Notes under the pieces: generated by a model
The model's database searches: none
The model's input: only the letters and a program-made list of their open reading frames with translations
What the model was told of the DNA's origin: nothing
Shown here: piece after piece, positions 51,640-64,000 of the stretch
How positions within the stretch are numbered: position 1 is the stretch's first letter
How the letters are laid out: each line of letters opens with the position of its first letter
Program-made: the position numbers and the translations under genes
Assembly: GCF_006345805.1 (NCBI RefSeq)
Contig: NC_043002.1
Coordinates: 79,856,001 to 79,920,000 of the forward strand
DNA length: 64,000 nt
Direction: 5' to 3'
Source: Octopus sinensis
Lineage: Eukaryota

Positions 51640-53185
51640 GTCCCAACTTTAATTGTTCATGGCTTTGGCATGACTTGATAAGCTTTTTCCATACTGATCG
51701 GGTTTTCGTTTGATTTTGCCATATATTATGATCAAATCGTTTCCATTTCATATTCCTTCTGTATTTTGTGTTTTTCTTTTTTGTATCTTTGAATCACAGT
51801 CCATGTCTTCCATGGTATAGTTAGGAGTAGACAATATGTCTGGCGAGCCTGTACTTGACTATCCCGTTTATTTGAGTCATGCAACATAAACTTCAATCAA
51901 TGAGGATTTCCATCATAGTAGGCAGAACAGCGCACACCATAGGATCACTTCATCCCTGATATTTCAAAATAGAGTAATAGTTATAATTTGTCGCAGCTGT
52001 CTCACCATAAATGCATGTAACTTGACTGGTTGAGCCTCATAGACTGTCCACGCAGGTTTCAGTTCCATACACCAAGGAAGAAACTAGTATAGATTGATAT
52101 TCTTTCTTTTCAAGCCTAGCCAGGTTCATGGGCCCGGTTTCTCGGTTTCTATGGCGTATGTGTTCCCACCAGCTGGATGGGACGCCAGTCCATCGCAGCA
52201 TTACTCAAGAAACAGGAAGAAAGAGTGAGAGAAAGTTGGGGCGAAAGAGTACAACAGGGGTCGCCACCACCCCCCTACCGGAGCCTCGTGGAGCTTTAGG
52301 TGTTTTCACTCAATAAACACACACAACGCCCGGTCTGAGAATCGAAACCGCGATCCGCCAACCACGAGTCCGCTGCTCTAACCACTGGGCCATTGCACCT
52401 CCACATAGATATACATTATAACTGACACATATAGAAACATGCTTATTTTTCCACAGCCTCACCTGTAGCTTGCCAAATGAAATACTACTTCTGCTCATTC
52501 TGTATGTGATTTCCTGGTTCATTTGTGAATTATCCTGCCAAGGTATTTGAATGTTTTGCACTGGGTCAGCCTTTTCCTGTCTAATAGTGATGTTTTCTTC
52601 TTTTACAGGATCTGTTAGGTTCCCCACATTCCGGTAAAAGTATTCCTCTTTTCTGAAGTTAATCTTTAAACTGAACAGTAATGTAGCTCTGGCAAAGTTA
52701 TATACCCGTTTCTGCGTATATCCAGCACTGTAGGCAACCAGCATAATATCATCAGCCAGCAGCATCTCTCACGCTAGGACCCTCGTACTGCGCTTCTTAG
52801 CTTTATATTGTGCAACATTAAACAATCTGTATCATATCCTCAAAGGCAACTTCCAACACTGCTGCAAGATAGAGGGAGACCAATGCACCCTTGTCTAAAT
52901 CTATTTGTCACCACAAACTTGCTTGAGATATTGCTATCTTGTATTACAAATGCGTGCATTCCTTCGTATAGGGAACTTCGGGGGCAACGATATTTCTTAA
53001 GAACAACAGAAAGTCCATTATGGGATATTGTACTTGAGAGCCTTTGTGAACTCTGTGAACACTGCATACCTGGACATGTTCTGCTCCATGTAGTTTCCCT
53101 GAATTTGGCGAAGACATATCATGTCCACAGTGTTTCCACCGCAACGGAAGCCACACTGAGTCTCACATAAGACATTTTGATAGAA
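51640..53185 (-). mobile_element. RTE-BovB-like LINE RT region, interrupted by a SINE
   Basis: ETQCGFR..NTVDMI, FTEFTKAL, RQGC, LLADD, SFGKLQVRLW..VY; after the SINE it resumes ILVSSLVYGTET, KLHAFMVRQLRQI, RFKDT. Confidence 0.85.
52108..52403 (-). mobile_element. Mosaic SINE: family C head with a different tail
   Basis: Head as in 6268-6450; tail GCGATGGACTGGCGTCCCATCCAG..CATAGAAACCGAGAAACCGGGCCC is not seen in other family C copies. Confidence 0.85.
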
Positions 53186-53890
53186 TTCTTCTTCTTCTTC
53201 TTCTTCTTCTTCTTCTTCTTCTTCTTCTTCTTCTTCTTCTTCTTCTTCTTCTTCTTCTTCTTCTTCTTCTTCTTCTTCTTCTTCTTCTTCTTCTTCTTCT
53301 TCTTCTTCTATTTCTTCTTCGCTAGGGTGCCATGTCCAGACCGTAGTACATAGGCGATCGTGTCCTGCCACAATTCTCTGTTCTTTGTTCTTCTGTAACA
53401 GTTCCGTTTCCTGATGTTCAATGCCTTTTTCTTCAAAACCAGTTCAAGCTTCACATACATGTCACTCTTATCCTTCCTCTGCTTCTTTTCCCCTTCAGTC
53501 TTTCCGGTCATCGTTAAATTTTCCAGACCCTCTTTCATCATTATACGACCAAGAAACCTCAGCTGTTTAGCTCTTATCTCACGAAACAGTTTCCTATTTA
53601 CCGCAGCCGGGATCACTTCTTCGTTAGACAATTTGTCTGTCCATGCTATCCTCATTATTCTCCTTAAGAATTCACAGCCCTCCAAACACCTTTTCATTTC
53701 TGATGTTACAAACCATACTTCACTTCTATATATTAACACTGGCCAGAAACAGCAACCAAATGTACGGATCTTGGTCTTGATGCTCAGCATACAATTTCTC
53801 AAGATGTTATACACTTTCTTTGCATCGATATCCACCTATATTAGATATCGATTGCTACAAATACCTAGATATCAATGGAAGCATATCAGA
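53186..53890 (-). mobile_element. RTE LINE 3' end with (GAA)n tail
   Basis: LSIKTKIR..WPVLIY.SEVW, FLRRIMRIAWTDKLSNEEV, QLRFLGRIMMKEGLENL..TGKTEG, GHGT, followed by a (GAA)n array at 53186-53320. Confidence 0.88.
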
Positions 53891-54230
53891 TAATGTGAAC
53901 AATGATATATTGATTGACAAAGAATATTATACCAAAATTTAAACACTAGCAGCTGAAGCTTTCCTATTATATCAAACAATATTACACAATGCATTTATCG
54001 TGCCAAGATTGATGCAGACGCTTGGGATAATGACTAGTATATAGAATATATATCTTCCATAGTCACAAGATTCTGACTTCAATTAGAATTTTTCACCGGA
54101 ACAGTTGACAATCGGAGAAGAGGCATCAAATCAGAAAAGACAGCAATCAAGTGTTTTTATTATATTTACTGATAGCGCTTAGCTGGCTTTCCGGTACTTA
54201 GACTACATAGTCATTTTCGCTACTCATCAA

Positions 54231-54273
<43 letters not shown>

Positions 54274-54489
54274 ATATATATATATATATATTATAATAAG
54301 GGGGTTCTCAATTCCGTAAAGCAAGCTAATGAGACAATTAACTGCTTCACAGATCCATTGTTAGACCAACAAATTTTTAAACTCGTTTAAGCGAACTGGT
54401 CGAATTCAATGTGTCTTGGAAAAAAAGGAAGAAAGAAGGAAAAACATCATACGTGTTACCTCAAGTAAAGAGAATGTACTACTATTCAG

Positions 54490-54582
54490 CTTTAATCTCC
54501 TCGAGAAATATTTCCTTTCTGATGACCTCATAAGCGACCTCCAAATTGCTGATCTAGCGTACCTCGACACGTTTATACACAG
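54490..54582 (+). CDS. Candidate internal coding exon of an unidentified gene
   Basis: ATTCAG acceptor and CAG|GTACGT donor; 93 nt, open frame FNLLEKYFLSDDLISDLQIADLAYLDTFIHR; non-repetitive; no family recognised. Confidence 0.35.
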
Positions 54583-55796
54583 GTACGTTTCACATAGACT
54601 AGAGTATGAGACGAATATTAGCAAGAAGTATAGGCTCTCTTAGATTTGTCGCTTAAATATCACGTCCTTTCCAAGTTTATACTTTCGTAATCCAAGAAAA
54701 AATATCGTCAATGAACAAAAGAGATTTATTTAGCTGCTACTTTTTTTAATGAGGAAGCCAACCAGAAAAATGTTCCCTTTTTGGTTAGTAGATTGCGATG
54801 CTACGGTAATTTCTCCTGAAATTTTATTATCAATACAACTTTAAAGACTAAATTTGTTTTCATTTTTCTATATACGTTAATCCCTCGCCATAATGTGGTT
54901 CACCAATCACGCCTTATTATTTAAGCTTGCGTCGATTTCTCCGTGGTATTGTTTTGCATTTATAATAAGATAAATACATACAAATTATAAAAATAATTAA
55001 AAAAATATGCCATACAATACTGTTTCTACTTCGCTGATTTTCACTTATCGCGGGGGCAGTTAGAATGTAGCAACTGCGCCTTGATGTAGATAAATCGTCA
55101 GTCAGTGAGGATTTGTGATGAATATATGTTCGATTCCTGAAGTTTATAACTCATGTGTTAGCATATGATTTACTAAACCATTGTTAGTCATCTGAAATTT
55201 ACTTAGAAACATACAGGTTTATGCTTCGTTTTTCACGAGGAGACTTTATCTTTTTGCTCTTGCAAAACTTATGTAACTGATGCAAGTTTACGATGGAGCT
55301 GGTTCATATACAGTTGTGTTCAAATTTCTATACACATGGCCCAACTTGGTTCACAATGAATGCTGAGTTCGTTTTAATTATATATACTGATATCACACTA
55401 CTGACTTTCCGATATTTTGTTCACTTAATTATTTTTGATACTCATGCAAATATGTGAGTTTTCAGTTACAATAAACAAGGCTATCTATAGTTTGGTAGAA
55501 TTCAACTTTGCCTAGACATAATAACAAACGTATTTTTTGTGCTCAACACAACAAGATAACGAAACAATTAGCAGCTTTACAGATCCAATGTTTTATCTAC
55601 GAGTTTCTAAACTCATTTAAGTGAACTGTTAAATTTACAAGAGTCTTGGCTAGAGAAATTAATCCTTCATGATGATACGATGCGAACCAGCCATCTCCTA
55701 GCTAATTTCCAGTCTGTAATAAGACTTGCTCAACTGCCCTGTCATACCTACATATACCGATTAGTATAATTGCTATTCATACCACACTAACGGTAG

Positions 55797-55835
<39 letters not shown>

Positions 55836-56677
55836 TATAGTTGAACTTTAGATTTCTGCATGTTCTGATTGAAGGTTCATAAGTAATGGTATGTATCAAT
55901 GGGGAATTAGTCGTTTTGACATCAGAGGAAATGCTTCAGCTGTGTGAAGTCGTTCAAATATTTCCTAATGGTAAGAGCGAAGTAAGTGGAACGAAACAGT
56001 CGTCATGAAACGAAATCTAAAGTATAAACAACAAACAGAATAGAAACAGATGCAACTGTACAAATAAAATGGAAAAGAAAATATTCCATATTAGAGAAAA
56101 GAAAAAAAAGCATCTTTCCCTACTGCATCAGCAGCAACATCGGGAGCATCAATACCATTTCTAGTACTCTCATAGCTCGTCGCGCCGCCATTACAAACAT
56201 GACGAGAGGGCCACCAAGAAATAAAAAAAAAAGACAGAAAACAAATAAACAAAATCTTGATACACAAGAGCAGCTAGTTAATAGATACCAAAGGGAGGAA
56301 AGTAATAAAAAAAAAAGATCAGAGTAGATGAGAATGTAAATTTTATGAGGAGTTATGCATTAATTAGATAGTGGTAATGCAGGTGCTTGTACTGGTGATG
56401 ATGATGACGATTGAAATAATGGGCATAGCATAGTAGCCGCTTAGACTTAAGGTTCAAAAAGGAATATTCCTGCTGGGGATGTTACTACTAGTGTTCGAAG
56501 ATGTTGGTTTTTGAAGGCAGCGTTTCCAGCTGATAGATATGTATACGAGCATATCCCTAAAAACTATTTGCAAACTCACATATACACAACACGGGCAACT
56601 ATCGACTAATATTTTTCACAAATCTCTGTATATACCTTCGTGGGTGTTGTGTGTAAATGTGTGCATATTATATATTA

Positions 56678-56709
<32 letters not shown>

Positions 56710-56751
56710 TATATATATATAATATATATATATTATATATATATATTATAT

Positions 56752-56795
<44 letters not shown>

Positions 56796-56860
56796 ATATA
56801 TATATAAATATATGTATGTATATATATATTATATATATGTAATATATATGATATATAGTG

Positions 56861-56905
<45 letters not shown>

Positions 56906-57474
56906 CTATACATGTATATATATGTATATATAAATATAAATATATATATGCATATATATATATGCGTCTTTGTTCATGTTTCTGCATGTATGGATGTAAC
57001 GCAGTTGAACGTATTTGGGCGCTCATGTGTGTGGGGGCGTGCATTCGTGTGAATTTTTCAGCATATTTGTATGTCTAGTTGTGGCGGTGTTTTGATATTT
57101 CTAGCACACACTCATACACACACTCACTCTCAAAACACTCACACACAACACATACACATGCACACACATACACGTACACAACACTCACACACGCAGACAT
57201 GTACACATTGTAGTTAATTCGCCACGGAAGCATAGCTCCTTTGATTCAAATGCGTTGTATGCGTTGAATGTTCTTGAGGTCTAAGTGACAAATGCAATGG
57301 TCTGGAACCGTAACACGCTCCACAGCAGGTCAACCAGTACACCAATTATCATCCAGTGGCATGACAGATATTTAGAAGCTTGATGGTAATGCGTATGATA
57401 AAGGGGTATTCATGATCATAGACCATAATAGCTACAAATGTTGCACAGACACACACATGCACAAACATATATAT

Positions 57475-57531
<57 letters not shown>

Positions 57532-57672
57532 ACACATAGACACATAAATGTATTAATATATTACCTATATTTCTGTATATCTATATCTATAGTTGGGTAG
57601 CTATCAAGCTATGTATGTACACACACACACACACACGCATATGTATATATAATATTATAATATAGTGTGTGC

Positions 57673-57712
<40 letters not shown>

Positions 57713-57714
57713 TC

Positions 57715-58075
57715 TTTTTTACTCTTTTACTTGTTTCAGTCATTTGACTGTGGCCATCCTGGAGCACCGCCTTTCGTCGAGCAAATCGACTCCAGGACTT
57801 ATTCTTTGTAAGCCTAGTACTTATTCTATTGGTCACTGTTGCCGAACCGCTAAGTTACGGGGACGTAAACACACCGGCATCGGTTCTCAAGCGATGTTGG
57901 GTGACAAACACACACACACACACACACACATACATTTTCCGTCAACCAAATCCATTTACCAGGTGAATGAACTGGAGCAACATCAAATAAAGTGTATTGC
58001 GCAAGGAGACCACGCGCCACCGGGAATCGATGGTCGTGAGTCGAATACTCTAACCACGAATCCACGCGGTAGTAT
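57715..58075 (-). mobile_element. SINE family B tail abutting a family D head
   Basis: 57715-57955 is a family B tail; 57955-58075 is GGAGCAACATCAAATAAAGTGTATTGCGCAAGG (family D domain) plus head. Confidence 0.75.
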
Positions 58076-58206
58076 GCAACTTCCAATTATTAATTAGTTC
58101 AAGCTCTGGCATTACTTTTAATCAGCATTACAAATTTTATTTAAAAGAAAATTGGGTCTTAGGACGACTGGCTCATATTTTGAAACAGAAGTAAGACATT
58201 ACAGAA

Positions 58207-58528
58207 GCGTAGGAGTGGCTGTGTGGTAAGTAGCTTGCTTAACAACCACATGGTTCCGGGTTCAGTTCCATTGCGTGGCACTTTTGGCAAGTGTCTTCTA
58301 CTATAGCCTCGGGCCGACCAAAGCTTTATGAGTGGATTTGGTAGACGGAAACTGAAAGAAGCCCGTCGTATATATGCTGGTGTGTTTACGTCCCCGTAAC
58401 TTAGTAGTTCGGCAAAAGTGACCGATAGAATAAGTACTAGGCTTACAAAGAATAAGTCCTGGGGTCGATGTGCTCGACTAAAGGCGATGCTCCAGGATGG
58501 CCACAGTCAGATGATTGAAACAAGTAAA

Positions 58529-58530
<2 letters not shown>
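58207..58530 (+). mobile_element. SINE family B lacking most of the internal microsatellite
   Basis: Head joins the tail through only ATATAT. Confidence 0.9.
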
Positions 58531-58590
<60 letters not shown>

Positions 58591-58591
58591 G

Positions 58592-58651
<60 letters not shown>

Positions 58652-60087
58652 ATTCATAATGAGTATGAAGGATAGGAAAACGTCTTTTGTTAGACATTCT
58701 GATAATTAAAGAAAATGAAACTTTAACAGCCGATCTTTATTACAAGTACAAAGACGAACACCAATTTTAGATCGTGTTGCCTATCCCTTATTAAAGGGAA
58801 CCACTAATTTAACATTGCAAAAAATATATAGTCAATAGTCGCGGACACACATAGACAAGATACACCATGTTAAAACCAAAAGAAATATCCTTCAGGAACG
58901 AAAATACACGCAAAATGAATTAAATCATTATCTGACGAAGGGAAAAAAAGAACCCAGTATATTTCGTACGAAGATCCACTCACAATGAGGGTGAAGAGAA
59001 AATTAAAGGCATAAATTGTCCATTTGTAGTCGCCCATAATACTATGAAACAACATTTTATTTTCGGTTCAACGATACTTACCAATCCTTCAACAATCATC
59101 AAATCCCAGAGAAATAATTCAAGAATCACTGAAGATCGCCACGAAATTTTAAGAGAGTGTTAACAATGGCAAAATTCACATCAGAATAAATAACGGAGGG
59201 ATGAAAATGCATAGATCTTCATTGTGACACGTACGAAATAGGCAGAAACAAAAGACTCAGGATCTTGAGGGCAAAAATGAAATACAAGACAAAAAAAGAA
59301 TCACATTTAGTGCGCCAGGTAACCAAAATGTAATGAGAATTTTATCGTTTAAGCATGATAAAATCTAGTATATTGGGTCAGGATACATAAGCAACAATTA
59401 ATGATCCGAATGAAAAATCCAAAATAATTGCTTGTTTCAAAATAATACGAAATGCTGAACTACGAAAGGCAAAAGAAGATCACGTTATAAGAATTCTAAA
59501 TTCAAAAACAACCGGAGATAGTAAACATCAATCCTAAAAATAAATGCCATTCTACGGTTTTCCCGTAACACACATGTTTGAAAGACTGTAAACAGCTAAA
59601 GTGTTTACACAATACGGAAATTTCTTTCCAAAAGGTGTGTCATTTTCTTATATTTTTTAGGATATTTTTATATTATTAATAATGTGTGGATTAATATCTT
59701 CCTTCAAATATTTTGACTGTATCAACGATCCTTTTTAAACATATATCAGCACACACCTATTCAACCCCCGCCCACACAAACACGCACGTACGCTCACATA
59801 TGTGTTTATAGTGTTTGTAGTCGAAACGTACTCTTGTGGTTTAAACAGATATAACTTCTTCCCTTGTTTCTTTTCTCGTTCCTATTTCTTTCTGAGTGTT
59901 AGCCTAGGCATTTTTCGTTTCTTTTCATTAGCGTGCAGTTCACTGCGCACGATTTATACATATCTTGCATGTTAGTATATATTTTATCTAACTTTCGATA
60001 TTTTGTCTGCACTTTGTAACCAATAACATTTGTCCAAACGTCCGTCGCTTATTCCCAACATTCCTTCTATGCTATACGTTTATATAG

Positions 60088-60303
60088 AAGTGGCCATGTG
60101 GTGAGTAGTTTTCTTACCAGTCACATGGTTCCGGAGTCAGTCCCACTGCGCGGCACCTCGGGCAAGTGTCTTTTAATATAGCCTCGAGCCGACCAAAGCC
60201 TTGTGAGTGGATTTGGAAGAGGGAAACTGAAAGAAGCTCGTCGTATGTATATATATATATACATATATACATTCATATAAAAGACCAAAGCGTACGTACG
60301 CCG

Positions 60304-60370
<67 letters not shown>

Positions 60371-61076
60371 CGTACAAAATGGGACAAGAACGCAAAACAT
60401 CGCGTGATTACGTGATACAAGAAACGGACAACAAAACATCCAGAGAGACGATACACAGAAAGCAAGGACGGCTCATTCGGAGTTTTCTTTTCTCAGTCGA
60501 GCTCCAGATTATCTTTGGAATTTCGGCTGGTTATACTCGAGATTGCTCCAATCTGGTCTGTTGTTATGTCCTGTTATTTGTATTTGTGTAACTTACTCCG
60601 TTTTTCCGTCCTTGCTTTCGTATACATTCGCTGCTTTCTTCCAAGGAATGTAATGCTCTTAGCTTAGTTTTCCCTTAGAGCTGGCCATATTGGAGCAATC
60701 TCGAGTATAACCAGCTGAAATTGCAAAGATTATCTAGAACTCGAATGACCATTGTTTTTTTGTATCGTCTATCTAGATGTTTTATAGTCCCTTTCTTGTT
60801 TCACCTAACTGTCTGGATGTTTAGCGTGCTTGTCCCATTTTGTGTGTGTATATATATATATATCTGTACGTATGTGTGTGTGTGTCTATAATTATCCCCC
60901 CAACATCGCTTGACTACTGATGCTTAGTTCCCGTAACTAAGCGGTTCGGCTAAAGAAATCGATAGTATCAATACTAGGCCTACAAAGAATAAGTCCTGGG
61001 GTCGATTTGCTTGACACTAAATGAGGGTCCCCAGCATGGCTGCAGTCAAATTACTGAAACAAGTAAAAGAATAAAA

Positions 61077-61080
<4 letters not shown>
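60088..61080 (+). mobile_element. SINE family B split by a nested fold-back element
   Basis: Head 60088-60245 and tail 60895-61080. Confidence 0.85.
60374..60845. mobile_element. TA-associated fold-back element
   Basis: ACAAAATGGGACAAGAACGCAAAACATC / GATGTTTAGCGTGCTTGTCCCATTTTGT ends; inner arms share TTGGAGCAATCTCGAGTATAACCAGC in inverted orientation. Confidence 0.8.
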
Positions 61081-61127
<47 letters not shown>

Positions 61128-61221
61128 TAAATATAAATATATATATGCATGTATTTATGTATGTATATATTTATGTATAACAAAGTAAAGTCGTAAGGTA
61201 CCGCACGAGCGAGAATATATA

Positions 61222-61501
61222 TGAAAGAAGCTTCGAAAATCCAAAGGTCTTTTAGAGATGTTTATTGACTTGACCGGTTTCACTATTTTAGAAAAAAAGA
61301 TTATCAAAAGTAAAATGTAAAGCTTTGTTCTGTTAAGTACTGGTTATCCAAAAAGTATTAAAATACGGTTATACAGATTTGATAATGATAACAAAATGTC
61401 AAAAATAGTTTACAAGAAAGTAGCTACGCACTAGACAGAAAATGTCAGACAGACAGGTATTCCTCTCCATTTTTTTGTAAATTCTTAAATATATTTCCTT
61501 C

Positions 61502-61590
<89 letters not shown>

Positions 61591-61855
61591 TACCAAACAA
61601 ACATGATTTTTATTGAACTCAAAATACTTATTCTAGTCCCTTTCTTGAATACTTTCTTGTAAACTGTTTTTAACATTTTCTTATTTATCAAATACTATAT
61701 AACTGTATTTTAATACTTTTGTGATAACCAGTGCTTAACACAACAGAGCTTATACAAAGCTTTACATTTTACTTCTGATAATCTTCTTAAAAAGTGAAAC
61801 CGGTCAAGTCAATAAACATCTCTAAAACACCTTTGCATTATCAAGCCTTCTTTCA
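61222..61855. mobile_element. Inverted pair of about 200-bp repeats around (TA)n, with hammerhead-like motif
   Basis: 61222-61422 is the reverse complement of 61650-61855; both contain GAAACCGGTCAAGT. Confidence 0.8.
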
Positions 61856-61856
61856 C

Positions 61857-62158
61857 ACACACATACATACATACATACATACATAATACATACATACATA
61901 CATACATACATACATACATACATACATACATACATACATACATACATACATACATACATACATAATACATACATACATACATACATACATACATACATAC
62001 ATACATACATACATACATACATACATACATACATACATAATACATACATACATACATACATACACATACATACATACATAACATACATACATACATACAT
62101 ACATACATACATACATACATACATACATACATACATACATACATACATACATACATAC
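61857..62158. repeat. (CATA)n microsatellite
   Basis: Direct reading. Confidence 0.97.
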
Positions 62159-62160
62159 AC

Positions 62161-62251
62161 GGCGGAATTTGAACTCAGAACGTGAATGCGGATGAAATAT
62201 CGCTAAGCATTTCGCCCAGCGCTGTAACGAATCTGCCATCTCGCCGCCTTT
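62161..62251 (-). mobile_element. SINE family A head
   Basis: Reverse complement AGGCGGCGAGATGGCAGA..GAGTTCAAATTCCGCC. Confidence 0.8.
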
Positions 62252-62565
62252 GAGCTGCGTATTATTGACAAGAACTTATGCCATGTATTTGCGGTTAAAG
62301 CGTCGAACTAGCTGTTTTTAAATTTATTCTACATAGAGAGCCAAACTTTCTGTGATTTACTAAGAAACACATATCCTCGCACAAATCCTCGTGATAAATG
62401 TAAGAAAACATTCGGACAATACTGTTGAAATGTAAATTAGCGTATTTTGGAACACATGTTTTAAACGCCAAACCATTAAATACAGAATATGAAAGCGGAT
62501 GTTTCCCATAACTGCCGAAACAGTCTTTGAATAGTTTCGTTTGATTTGATTTTCTTAATGATATA

Positions 62566-62606
<41 letters not shown>

Positions 62607-62616
62607 TATATATGTA

Positions 62617-62681
<65 letters not shown>

Positions 62682-62809
62682 CTGTATTAGCTGAAAGAGG
62701 GAGAGAGAAAGAGAGGAAAAATGAGTAAGAGCAAGAAATAGGAGTAAAGATAAATACAGATAAGTATACACACACATATATATGCTTAAATATGTGTATG
62801 GATATATAT

Positions 62810-62846
<37 letters not shown>

Positions 62847-62927
62847 CATTTATGCATGTCTCTATGTATATATATATATATACATGTATATATATATGTA
62901 TATATATATATATGTGTGAGTGTGTGT

Positions 62928-62978
<51 letters not shown>

Positions 62979-63354
62979 GATATCCTACAGAGACCTTCAG
63001 ACACATATATACATATTAGTCTCATAGTGTTTGATTTTCGTGTATTTGCTGCTTTGAACATTTGAATCGGAATATAAAGAAAATATTATATATACAAGAT
63101 ATATCATCCGAGAGTTAGAGAAGTATAATTTACAGATATTGGCTCTCATAAATTTAACTTGAAGTCGTAAAACATTCAGCACCATAAGACCATTCCTTCA
63201 GAGTTAGACTAAGAACATTTTTTATATCACATGTTGCACTGCAGAGTCTTCAAAAGATATTGTATGCCATTAGAGAGTGTATAAGTGTATTTGTGAGCGT
63301 GTTTGCGTGTGTAATTGTGGGTTTGTATCTAATGGGCTCTGTCTGTTCGTCTGT

Positions 63355-63381
63355 CTACCTACGTATCTATCTAATTATCTC

Positions 63382-63450
<69 letters not shown>

Positions 63451-63468
63451 ATATCTATCCATCCATCG

Positions 63469-63525
<57 letters not shown>

Positions 63526-63592
63526 ATGTTTTTCTGTCTGTTTGTCTGTCCGTCATCCATCCAACCGTCTGTCTGTCAGTCAATATGTCTGT

Positions 63593-63678
<86 letters not shown>

Positions 63679-63830
63679 GTCTGTCTATCTATCTATCCAT
63701 TTATTTATCTAATTATCTATCTATCTATCTGTCTGTCTGTCTATCTATTTATCCATTTATTTATCTAATTATCTATCTATCTATCTATCTGTCTGTCTAT
63801 CTATCTATCTTTTTGTTCATCTATTTGTCT
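63355..63830. repeat. (ATCT)n/(GTCT)n compound microsatellite
   Basis: Direct reading. Confidence 0.96.
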
Positions 63831-64000
63831 GTCTTTCTATTGATCTAACAAGCAAGCTATCTGTCTGTATATATGTATGTATGAATATATGCATATTTCA
63901 AAGGTACGAGCATGTGCATATGCGTGTACATGCGACTGATTATTGCATCATTGCGTTTCTGTGAATCTGCAATATTTATGATTCCTGTTTGCCATGTATA

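Noticed and set aside
53308-53835. 175-aa ORF as a host gene
   Set aside because: It matches RTE LINE C-terminal motifs and ends in a (GAA)n tail.
60500-60730. Hammerhead in the 60374-60845 fold-back
   Set aside because: GAAATTGC is present but no CTGANGA core could be placed.

Overview
AT-rich, repeat-saturated eukaryotic non-coding DNA. The SINE families and microsatellite load resemble an octopus genome; this is an inference and no database search was run. No intact protein-coding gene, rRNA, functional tRNA or CRISPR array is supportable, and almost all listed ORFs are microsatellite artefacts. The window holds four recurrent tRNA-derived SINE families (labelled A-D here), two decayed mariner transposases, several RTE LINE fragments, R4/Dong-type RLE LINE fragments stacked in (AAT)n arrays, a decayed Penelope-like element (RT + GIY-YIG, probably Naiad-type) at 24345-26990, and a 100-N gap. 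The most interesting signal is a set of unrelated short repeats that carry minimal hammerhead-ribozyme motifs with a palindromic stem III and/or a fold-back layout with both 3' ends pointing outward. One of them has a tRNA-derived Pol III head fused to the hammerhead (copies at 4015-4271 and 49934-50420). Together they suggest a Penelope-dependent, ribozyme-bearing non-autonomous retroelement system. One possible 93-nt host exon lies at 54490-54582.
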